A stretch of DNA of 36,860 nt from a virus. Its lineage: Duplodnaviria; Caudoviricetes. The translations under genes and the position numbers were made by a program. The stretch spans positions 1-36,860 of the IMG/VR virus record IMGVR_UViG_3300020043_000479. One strand, given 5' to 3'. Shown here in pieces: positions 1 to 6,955 of this stretch. Position 1 is the stretch's first letter; each line of letters begins with the position of its first letter. A model generated the notes under the pieces. The model did no database searches, was not told the origin of the DNA, and saw only the letters and a program-made list of their open reading frames with translations.

Positions 1-121
1 GCTAGGTCAGAAGTAATTAGCTGACCGAAAAGCGTACTCCCCGCCTGCCTGTGTTTCTTTCTGGGAGTTTGCGGAGAAGCCTTATGGCAAAAAAGACCTA
101 TTCAGAGAAGCTGCTCGACCC
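1..121. repeat. Terminal direct repeat, left copy (circular assembly overlap)
   Basis: Identical to 36740-36860; it cuts through the start of the HNH gene, consistent with a circular or permuted genome. Confidence 0.95.
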
Positions 122-464
122 TCGTTGGCAGCAAATGCGTTTGCGTGTGTTTGAGCGTGATAAATGGACTTGTCGATGCTGCGGAAAAGCAGACAAAACA
201 TTGAACGCACATCATCCAGTTTACAGGCCGTATGCGGAAGGCCCTTGGGACTATGACGTAAATGAACTTGTAACTTTATGCGCTGAATGTCATGCAGATG
301 AACACATTGACTTGGAATCGTCAAAAGCCAATGTTTTGCTTACATTGGTAAAAATGGGATATTGGGGTTCTTACGAATTCGATAGCTTGTGCGATGTTTT
401 GAGTTCTTTCACAAAAGACGAATTAACAAAACTTTTCTTGGAGAAGCACAATGGCTCGAATTAG
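84..464 (+). CDS. HNH endonuclease-like protein
   Basis: RDKWTCRCCG...LNAHH...LVTLCAECH Zn/HNH pattern; ATG at 84 with GGAG upstream preferred over GTG at 51. Confidence 0.8.
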   Translation: MAKKTYSEKLLDPRWQQMRLRVFERDKWTCRCCGKADKTLNAHHPVYRPYAEGPWDYDVNELVTLCAECHADEHIDLESSKANVLLTLVKMGYWGSYEFDSLCDVLSSFTKDELTKLFLEKHNGSN

Positions 465-1260
465 AACTATAAAACCTGACTTTTGGCGTGATGAATCATT
501 AGCTTCTGTAAGTCCAGAAGCTGCATTGTTGGCAATTGGATTGCTTAACCATGCGGATGATGAAGGTTATTTCAATGCACATCCAAAGCTGATTGAATCT
601 GACATTTTTCCATTACGGGAACTTTCCAACACCATTACGGTAATGATTGATGAGCTTCACCGTATTGGTTACATAGAGCTTTACAAAGGGCATGATGGAA
701 AGCGATATGGTCACATCTGTAACTTTTCCAAGCATCAAGTCATCAACAAGAAAAACCCAAGCAAAATCAAGGCTTTATGCGAGGTGTTGGATGATTCCGT
801 TACTACTACGGTAGTGCTACCAGTAGGAATGGAAGGGAAAGGAAAGGAAAAGGAAAAGGAAAAGAAGGCAACCAAGGTTGCTGCAACTGTCGTTGCTTGC
901 CCCGATGGTGTATCAGAAAATGTTTGGCGTGATTGGCTTCAATTGCGTAAAGCAAAGAAAGCACCAGTGACTCAAACTGTTTTGAGTTCAGCGATTGATG
1001 AAGCTAAAAAAGCAGGAATCAGCCTAAACGCTTTTTTAACAGTTTGGTGTGCAAGAGGTTCACAGGGGTTGCAAGCTGAATGGCTAAAGCCAAACGAGCG
1101 ACAGCCTTTTGCCAACAAATATGATGTGGCTCACGTTACAACGCCACCACCGCCAAACCAAGACGCTGCGTTGCGGAAGATTGAGGAAGACAGCAAACGT
1201 GCTGCGCCTGTTCCTGAGAGCGTTCGTTTATTGGCTAAACAATGGAAGGTTGGAGTATGA
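451..1260 (+). CDS. Phage replication initiator (lambda O-analogous)
   Basis: MARIRTIKPDFW N-terminus, EGKGKEKEKE linker, C-terminal WRDWLQLRKAKKAP...QGLQAEWL domain; position downstream of cro. Confidence 0.8.
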   Translation: MARIRTIKPDFWRDESLASVSPEAALLAIGLLNHADDEGYFNAHPKLIESDIFPLRELSNTITVMIDELHRIGYIELYKGHDGKRYGHICNFSKHQVINKKNPSKIKALCEVLDDSVTTTVVLPVGMEGKGKEKEKEKKATKVAATVVACPDGVSENVWRDWLQLRKAKKAPVTQTVLSSAIDEAKKAGISLNAFLTVWCARGSQGLQAEWLKPNERQPFANKYDVAHVTTPPPPNQDAALRKIEEDSKRAAPVPESVRLLAKQWKVGV

Positions 1261-1385
1261 CTTCACATGATTGGGCATTTATCAAAGATTTGTTAGATGT
1301 TTTGATTTTTAGACTTGGTGAACAAGATAGAAGAATTCAGCATCTTGAAGAACAAATTGCTGAACTTTTGAAAGGCCGAGCATGA
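1257..1385 (+). CDS. Small hypothetical coiled-coil protein (42 aa)
   Basis: Read by hand: MTSHDWAF...LLKGRA; ATGA overlaps at both ends. Confidence 0.6.
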   Translation: MTSHDWAFIKDLLDVLIFRLGEQDRRIQHLEEQIAELLKGRA

Positions 1386-2116
1386 GAATCGTATGTTGGT
1401 TTAGCTGCGGAGCCGCAAGCGCAGTCGCTACAAAACTTGCCATAGCTGAAAACGCTGGTAAGTTGCCTTTAATCATTGCGTACACCGAGGTGGCAGAAGA
1501 ACACCCAGACAACAAGCGATTCTTGAAAGATTGCGAGACTTGGTTTGGTCAAGAAATTCAAATTTTGCGGAATGATTTTTACGAAGGCTCAATTTATCGG
1601 GTTTTTGAGAAAAACTACATCCGAACCCCAAAAGGCGCACCTTGCACAAGAGCATTAAAAAAACAGGTTCGCCAGCGGTTTGAGGAAGTTACCGACCGCC
1701 AAGTGTTTGGTTACACGGCTGAAGAACAAGCGCGTTTAGACAGATTTATTGATGCAAACAACGATGTAAACATTTGGACACCGCTAATTGACAAGGGACT
1801 TTCAAAAGAAGATTGCTTGGCTATGTTGCGAAATGCCAACATTGAATTGCCTGAGATGTATCGACTTGGCTATCACAACAACAACTGCATTGGTTGCGTC
1901 AAAGGTGGCATGGGGTACTGGAACAAGATTAAGGTGGACTTTCCTGAACACTTTGACCGCATGGCTAAGTTGGAGCGTTTTAAGGGTCAGACAGTGTTTA
2001 AAGACCGTTACCTTGACGAACTCAAACCTACCGATGGGCATTACCCAACCGAGCAAAACATTGAATGTTCTATCTTTTGCCAAATGGCAGAGGAAGATTA
2101 CAGGGGAGAAAAATGA
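1382..2116 (+). CDS. PAPS-reductase-like / PP-loop adenine nucleotide alpha-hydrolase family protein
   Basis: N-terminal CWFSCGAASAVA PP-loop-like strand; conserved Cys pattern PCT...NNNCIGCVKG...ECSIFC. Confidence 0.7.
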   Translation: MRIVCWFSCGAASAVATKLAIAENAGKLPLIIAYTEVAEEHPDNKRFLKDCETWFGQEIQILRNDFYEGSIYRVFEKNYIRTPKGAPCTRALKKQVRQRFEEVTDRQVFGYTAEEQARLDRFIDANNDVNIWTPLIDKGLSKEDCLAMLRNANIELPEMYRLGYHNNNCIGCVKGGMGYWNKIKVDFPEHFDRMAKLERFKGQTVFKDRYLDELKPTDGHYPTEQNIECSIFCQMAEEDYRGEK

Positions 2117-2937
2117 ATGAGTTGGCTTTATTCGCAGGCGCTGGTGGCGGCATCCTCGGTGGAAAACTTCTCGGATGGCGAACAGTCTGCGCCGTTGAAT
2201 GGGAACCCTATCCAGCAAGCGTATTGTGCGCCCGACAAAATGACGGACTTCTCCCGCCTTTCCCGATTTGGGATGACGTTCAAACCTTTGACGGAAAGCC
2301 GTGGGCAGGAATTGTTGACGTTGTATCTGGCGGATTTCCATGCCAAGACATTAGCGCCGCAGGAAAAGGCGCAGGAATTGACGGAGAACGAAGCGGAATG
2401 TGGGGAGAAATGGCGCGCATCATTCACGAAGTACGACCCAGATTCGTGTTCGTGGAAAACTCACCAATGCTCACTTCTAGGGGACTTGGACGAGTTCTTG
2501 GAGACTTGGCCGCAATGGGGTTTGATGCGAGATGGGGAGTGTTGGGAGCAGCGGATGTTGGAGCAAACCATCAGAGGGACAGAATCTGGATTGTCGGAAC
2601 AAACTTGGCCAACCCCAGATGCCAATTGCGGTCAACGAGGGACACAGCCAAATTGGACACCAAAACGCAAATCTGGACAGCCAGCTCAATACACAATAAA
2701 TCAAGCAGTTCGGGACAGATTTCCAACGCCGACAGCACACAATGCCAAGGAGTGCAACAGTCCAAGCGAACAGAACAGGAATACGCCTACGCTAGCAACT
2801 CACGCTGGTGGCAAGCTGAACCCGATGTGGGTCGAATGGCTGATGGGGTGGCCGCTGGCGTGGACAGACTTAAAGCCATTGGAAATGGACAAGTTCCACT
2901 CTGTGCCGCAACAGCTTGGAGAATCTTGAGCCAATGA
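2113..2937 (+). CDS. C5-cytosine DNA methyltransferase, alpha polypeptide (motifs I-VIII and X)
   Basis: LFAGAGG (I), GGFPCQDIS (IV), VENSP (VI), HQRDRIWIV (VIII), RLKAIGNGQVP (X); motif IX absent in this frame; ATG 2113 overlaps the upstream TGA. Confidence 0.9.
   Translation: MNELALFAGAGGGILGGKLLGWRTVCAVEWEPYPASVLCARQNDGLLPPFPIWDDVQTFDGKPWAGIVDVVSGGFPCQDISAAGKGAGIDGERSGMWGEMARIIHEVRPRFVFVENSPMLTSRGLGRVLGDLAAMGFDARWGVLGAADVGANHQRDRIWIVGTNLANPRCQLRSTRDTAKLDTKTQIWTASSIHNKSSSSGQISNADSTQCQGVQQSKRTEQEYAYASNSRWWQAEPDVGRMADGVAAGVDRLKAIGNGQVPLCAATAWRILSQ
2117..2929 (+). CDS. Overlapping +1-frame polypeptide carrying MTase motif IX and putative target-recognition segments (beta polypeptide)
   Basis: 270 codons with no stop; WPTP/FPTP repeats followed by LNPMWVEWLMGWP (motif IX-like); ATG 8 nt after GGGGAG. 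Confidence 0.75.
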   Translation: MSWLYSQALVAASSVENFSDGEQSAPLNGNPIQQAYCAPDKMTDFSRLSRFGMTFKPLTESRGQELLTLYLADFHAKTLAPQEKAQELTENEAECGEKWRASFTKYDPDSCSWKTHQCSLLGDLDEFLETWPQWGLMRDGECWEQRMLEQTIRGTESGLSEQTWPTPDANCGQRGTQPNWTPKRKSGQPAQYTINQAVRDRFPTPTAHNAKECNSPSEQNRNTPTLATHAGGKLNPMWVEWLMGWPLAWTDLKPLEMDKFHSVPQQLGES

Positions 2938-3137
2938 ATTATTTTGAAGCACATCAAATTCTTGATGGAATCAAGGATAATCTGTCATATAATCTTGACA
3001 CAATCAATAAAGCATTGGAGCTAACAGGTGACTTGGACATTGGACAACTTGAGAGAGAAGCAAGTCCAACATCTTACCGATATGGCTCTGATGCGTGGTT
3101 GGATAGCCTACGCCAAGGCAAGGGCAGAGGAGCTTGA
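2934..3137 (+). CDS. Hypothetical protein
   Basis: ATGA overlap with the MTase stop; MNYFEAHQILD... Confidence 0.55.
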   Translation: MNYFEAHQILDGIKDNLSYNLDTINKALELTGDLDIGQLEREASPTSYRYGSDAWLDSLRQGKGRGA

Positions 3138-3207
3138 AGATGACCCTTCTGGGTTGTTTGTGGGCATTGTGGAAGAAGTAAGAGAGCGTTTAAACGAACG
3201 CAAATGA
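3028..3207 (+). CDS. Hypothetical protein (59 aa)
   Basis: Read by hand: GTG with GGAG upstream, MTWTLDNLREKQ...LNERK; stop overlaps the next ATG. Confidence 0.5.
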   Translation: MTWTLDNLREKQVQHLTDMALMRGWIAYAKARAEELEDDPSGLFVGIVEEVRERLNERK

Positions 3208-3407
3208 AAGGTTATGAAATGGAACTTGAAACACGCATTGAAACGACACGCAAGCGCCGTCACATCAACATTGATGCACATGGTGATGAAGTATGGGTCA
3301 GCATGGTCTTGGAATCGGCACGTTGCCATGTCACTTTGACCAAAAGTCAAGCCAAGGACATGATTGCCGCTTTGATTCGCATTGTTGATAGCGAGGTGAC
3401 CAAATGA
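3204..3407 (+). CDS. Hypothetical protein
   Basis: ORF track; ATGA-coupled in the operon. Confidence 0.6.
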   Translation: MKGYEMELETRIETTRKRRHINIDAHGDEVWVSMVLESARCHVTLTKSQAKDMIAALIRIVDSEVTK

Positions 3408-3556
3408 GCGAACAAGCATTGATTGAGCAACTCAAGCAAGCCCTGACTTTGGCGCGTCAAGCGTTGGAAAGCACAGAAACAAACTTTATGAGCAACCAAT
3501 TTGACCTTGAAGAAAAAGCGTTGGTAGCAATTGACTTTGCATTGGAGATGCTCTGA
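3404..3556 (+). CDS. Hypothetical protein (50 aa)
   Basis: Read by hand: MSEQALIEQLKQAL...; GAGG SD; coupled at both ends. Confidence 0.6.
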   Translation: MSEQALIEQLKQALTLARQALESTETNFMSNQFDLEEKALVAIDFALEML

Positions 3557-3660
3557 TGTGGCCTTTCCCACCCGCAACAGGCGCAGTTCCTTGGACTGCC
3601 AAGCAAATCAAACAATACGCGCAACAGCAACGCAAACAATCAGAGGATGCACCGCTATGA
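3556..3660 (+). CDS. Hypothetical protein (34 aa)
   Basis: Read by hand: MWPFPPATGAVPW...EDAPL; TGATG and ATGA coupling. Confidence 0.55.
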   Translation: MWPFPPATGAVPWTAKQIKQYAQQQRKQSEDAPL

Positions 3661-4172
3661 GTAAAGAAGCAATGAATCTGGCGCTTGAAGCGTTGAATAA
3701 TTCGGTTGATTTGGTGATTGAAGATGCCTACAACGCAGAAAAACTTTATGGAAACTATCCAACACGGCAAGGAAAAGTCGGAGGCTTGAAAGTGTTGGCT
3801 GAAAACCATAAGGAAGCCATCAAAGCCCTAGAAGAAGCACTAGCCAAGCAAGAAGGCCAATCAAACTTCTGTCCACAGTGCGAGGCTTTGGCGCGTGAGT
3901 TGAAAGCAGCCAAGCAAGAGCAGGGTGAGCCTGTGGCGCATATGAATCAAAATGGCGTCATCCACGAGGCTGGCTATGACTGGGCTCCAACAAATATTTT
4001 AAGACCGCTTGTTTTTGGCGATACCACACCACAACAACGCAAGCCGCTGACGGATGAGCAGATTGCAAACATTGTGATTGAGATGAATGGCAACGAGCCA
4101 CCAGCATTGTTTTGGAAAGACTTAACCAGAGCAATCGAAGCCGCCCACGGCATTAAGGAGAAGAACACATGA
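3657..4172 (+). CDS. Hypothetical nin/ea-region mosaic protein
   Basis: MSKEAMNLALEAL...EPVAH...KPLTDEQI...RAIEAAHGIKE modular pattern; ATG 3657 preferred. Confidence 0.7.
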   Translation: MSKEAMNLALEALNNSVDLVIEDAYNAEKLYGNYPTRQGKVGGLKVLAENHKEAIKALEEALAKQEGQSNFCPQCEALARELKAAKQEQGEPVAHMNQNGVIHEAGYDWAPTNILRPLVFGDTTPQQRKPLTDEQIANIVIEMNGNEPPALFWKDLTRAIEAAHGIKEKNT

Positions 4173-4324
4173 CCAAAGAAGACATGATTGCAATGCTGCG
4201 TGGCGTTGGATGTGACGAAAACACCATAACCGCCATGTCAAATGCTTACGACCTTGGCGTTGAATGGGCAAAAGAAAGCCTGATTGCCCTGCCTGTGGTG
4301 ACTTTGCCGTTGGAAGTCCAATGA
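4169..4324 (+). CDS. Hypothetical protein (51 aa)
   Basis: Read by hand: MTKEDMIAMLRG...; AGGAG SD; coupled overlaps. Confidence 0.6.
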   Translation: MTKEDMIAMLRGVGCDENTITAMSNAYDLGVEWAKESLIALPVVTLPLEVQ

Positions 4325-4584
4325 GATATGCAGCAAGGGTTGACGCAAACCAAGATCAAATCGTTTCTGCTTTACGCGCTGCTGGTGCTTACGTCTGGAT
4401 TATTGGCTTGCCAGTTGATCTATTGGTTGGCTACAACGGGCAAACATACTTGGTAGAGGTTAAAACCAACTCCAAAAAGGGTTTAACGAAGCTACAACAG
4501 GTTTTTTTTGAAAAGTGGGTTGGTGGTCGCTTGGAACGAATTGAAGGCCCAGAACAGGCTTTAAGAATGATTGGGGTTATATGA
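4321..4584 (+). CDS. VRR-NUC / PD-(D/E)xK nuclease (resolvase-like)
   Basis: RVDANQ...PVDLLVG...LVEVK motif; ATG 4321. Confidence 0.75.
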   Translation: MRYAARVDANQDQIVSALRAAGAYVWIIGLPVDLLVGYNGQTYLVEVKTNSKKGLTKLQQVFFEKWVGGRLERIEGPEQALRMIGVI

Positions 4585-4787
4585 GCGCATTGGACACACA
4601 AGTTGATGGTGACCACTACAAAAAGCTGAAGATTCAGCCCATTGAGTACATCCATGCCAACGACATTGGTTACATGGAAGGCAACGTCATCAAATACATC
4701 AGCCGTTGGAAAGACAAAAACGGCATCAAAGACTTGGAAAAAGCCAAGCATTACATTGATTTGCTGATTGAGTTGGAGTCCAAATGA
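4581..4787 (+). CDS. DUF3310 family protein (T7 gp1.7-like nucleotide kinase family)
   Basis: QVDGDHY...IQPIEYI...GNVIKYISRWKDKNGIKDLEKAKHYI. Confidence 0.85.
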   Translation: MSALDTQVDGDHYKKLKIQPIEYIHANDIGYMEGNVIKYISRWKDKNGIKDLEKAKHYIDLLIELESK

Positions 4788-5200
4788 GATACGACCTTAT
4801 TGATAAGCCCCAAGCGTCAGCGTTAATGAACAACTTGTGGCCTAAAGTCATTCAGGCGCTTGAATCTGGCAGAAAACTTACGTTGGAAGTCAAAGACGCA
4901 AGCAAAAGCCGTGACCAAGAGAAAAAATATCACGCAATTTTGCGAGACATAGCCCAACAATCACAGCACATGGGGTCTAAATGGGATGCTGACGATTGGA
5001 AAAGGCTATTGGTTTGGCAGTTTTGTAAGGAAAAGAATATCAACTCAGGCAAAGTTGTGCCAAGCCTAGACATGACGGGTGTTGTTCAGCTTGGGCAACA
5101 GACTCGTAGCTTTACAAAGGAGCAAGCAAGTGAGTTCGTGGACTTTTTAACCGCCTGGTGTGCAGAACATGGAGTAACCCTTAATGAAAAAACGCTGTAA
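4784..5200 (+). CDS. ninB: NinB/Orf-family recombination protein
   Basis: SRDQEKKYHAILRDIAQQ...DDWKRLL...TRSFTKEQASEFVDFL.AW.AEHGV. Confidence 0.8.
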   Translation: MRYDLIDKPQASALMNNLWPKVIQALESGRKLTLEVKDASKSRDQEKKYHAILRDIAQQSQHMGSKWDADDWKRLLVWQFCKEKNINSGKVVPSLDMTGVVQLGQQTRSFTKEQASEFVDFLTAWCAEHGVTLNEKTL

Positions 5201-5645
5201 GCGCAAGGTTTGGTCAACAAACATTAACCCAATCGCCCATGCAATCGCTGGCGCATCCATAGCAGACGATAAATCCTTGGACAAACTGCGCTTGTGTGAG
5301 CTTTCAGCCATTGACGCAATGACCAAGGGCATGGGAACGACAGAAGATTGGCGTTGGCTAGCTGATGTGATCAACATTGCCGAAACGATGGGAAAGTCAG
5401 GGATTGGCCCTGAAGTCTTGCCATATTGCCAAGAAGCCCAGACTGCCATGTTGGAAGCAGCCCAAAGGTATCAAGAAACCAAGAAAATGGGCTTATCAGG
5501 CGCAGGAATTAAGGCAATCCATGATGTTTGGGAGTTTCACGACCTTCAGAGGACAAGCATTCCAAGGTCGGAATACGAGAAGATGATTCGTAAGACAGCG
5601 AATCACATCAAGAGCAAAGGTAAAGATGTGGTGGAGATTACATGA
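5184..5645 (+). CDS. Hypothetical phage protein
   Basis: ORF track, GGAG SD. Confidence 0.7.
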   Translation: MKKRCKRKVWSTNINPIAHAIAGASIADDKSLDKLRLCELSAIDAMTKGMGTTEDWRWLADVINIAETMGKSGIGPEVLPYCQEAQTAMLEAAQRYQETKKMGLSGAGIKAIHDVWEFHDLQRTSIPRSEYEKMIRKTANHIKSKGKDVVEIT

Positions 5646-5770
5646 CAACAGGAAATATTTGGCTTGATGCTTTGTGTTGTGCTTTAGCTGGCATAGCCTT
5701 TGGTGCAATTTGGGCTTACAGCGAAATTGAGCGTGAAAAGTTTTTGCGCGGTGACTACGATAAAAAATGA
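5642..5770 (+). CDS. Small membrane protein (42 aa)
   Basis: Read by hand: MTTGNIWLDALCCALAGIAFGAIWAY...; ATGA coupling at both ends. Confidence 0.55.
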   Translation: MTTGNIWLDALCCALAGIAFGAIWAYSEIEREKFLRGDYDKK

Positions 5771-6072
5771 TTGCAATTCCAAAGTTCAGCTACTTTCGTA
5801 GCAAAGCCCACCTAAAGAACGTAGCAAGCCTACCTTGTCAGAATTGTGGAATGGAAGGACAGACTCAGGCAGCACATTCAAATTGGGCAGAGCATGGAAA
5901 GGGAAGAGGAATCAAAGCAAGCGACATATTCACAGCCGCCTTATGTCAGACTTGCCATGCTGAACTAGACCAAGGCCAACATCTGAGCAAAGAACAGAGA
6001 AGGCAAATGTGGGATGAAGCCTATAGAAAAACAAAGCAAAGGCTAAAGGATGAAGGTAAATGGATTGAGTAA
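5767..6072 (+). CDS. DUF968/DUF1364-like Zn-binding HNH-related protein
   Basis: LPCQNCG...QAAH...GRGIKASD...ALCQTCH. Confidence 0.75.
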   Translation: MIAIPKFSYFRSKAHLKNVASLPCQNCGMEGQTQAAHSNWAEHGKGRGIKASDIFTAALCQTCHAELDQGQHLSKEQRRQMWDEAYRKTKQRLKDEGKWIE

Positions 6073-6264
6073 AAAAGCATTAGTCTCGGAGAAGCTATCT
6101 CTACTCTTCCTATAGGGTAAGACAAAGGTAAAGATAGGATAGACAGGATGACTATTGGCGACAACACAAAAAGAAGTGACAATAACTAAACCCTGATAAA
6201 CACTAGGCTTGGACACTTTTTAGCAAGAAAATGTTTTACTACGCACACGCGCATGAGGTAATAA

Positions 6265-6810
6265 ATGGAAAACGCAGTTGATTACACGCATAAAAGTATC
6301 GAATCGGAGCAATCTGAGAAGCTGCCTCGCATCCTGAAGATGGGAAGGCCAGTTATCTTCCCGATTGAGAACCCTGTCTGGAAGCAGATCGCTGAAGGCA
6401 TAAGCGCAGGCAAGAGCCTAACTAGCGTCTTGAAGGCTGAAGGGATGCCAAGCTACTCGATGGCTAGAAACATGATCAACAACAGCCCAGAGTTCAGAGC
6501 CATGTACGACAAGGCTGTGGAAGACAGGGCTGATAAGCTAGCAGAGGAGATCATCGAGCTATCAGACGCAGAGATGCCTGAAGGTCTGAAAGGACCAGAG
6601 GCTAGTGCTTGGGTACAGCAGAAGAGACTCCAGGTCGATGCAAGGAAGTGGGTAGCAAGTAAGTTGAAGCCAAGAACGTATGGCGATAAGATTGACGTAA
6701 GCGTTACAGACGCTAGGATTAGTGTCATTGACGCTATCACCGAAGCTCAATCAAGGGTAACATTCGACAAGTCCACAGCCACAGATGTCACGCCAAAGCC
6801 TACAGAATGA
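6265..6810 (+). CDS. terS: Terminase small subunit
   Basis: GRP...IAEGISAGKSL...MPS...LAEEIIELSD...RLQVDARKWVASKLKPRTYGDK (Sf6-like TerS). Confidence 0.85.
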   Translation: MENAVDYTHKSIESEQSEKLPRILKMGRPVIFPIENPVWKQIAEGISAGKSLTSVLKAEGMPSYSMARNMINNSPEFRAMYDKAVEDRADKLAEEIIELSDAEMPEGLKGPEASAWVQQKRLQVDARKWVASKLKPRTYGDKIDVSVTDARISVIDAITEAQSRVTFDKSTATDVTPKPTE

Positions 6811-6887
6811 CCCGCTGTCCAATCCCAACCTGACCCGAGGGGCGGGGGGTAGGGCCGACAGGGAAAGGTCACAGGAACGGTGCATCT

Positions 6888-6955
6888 ACGAACAAAATTT
6901 ATTTTTTTGGAAAAAAGCCAAATCAAAGTAACCAACGAACAAAATTTATTTTTTT
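6888..6955. repeat. 21-bp direct repeat ACGAACAAAATTTATTTTTTT x2
   Basis: Copies at 6888-6908 and 6935-6955. Confidence 0.9.

Noticed and set aside
19-34. CTGA...GAAA as a hammerhead ribozyme core
   Set aside because: Lacks CUGANGA spacing and a stem II between the conserved segments
829-868. GGAAA/GGAAAA microrepeat as a CRISPR or VNTR
   Set aside because: Encodes the EGKGKEKEKEKK linker typical of phage initiators; no spacers
2065-2112. Upstream extensions in the ORF track (also 51, 3531, 4264, 9836, 23061, 28404, 29996, 33737, 35425, 36072)
   Set aside because: Downstream starts fit better by SD position, stop/start coupling, promoter position or family N-terminus
2560-2830. MTase as a frameshifted pseudogene or assembly error
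   Set aside because: Both frames are open over the full length, and motif IX (frame B) precedes motif X (frame A), which one indel cannot explain
6888-6955. Direct repeat as a mini-CRISPR array
   Set aside because: Only two low-complexity copies, no dyad symmetry, no cas genes
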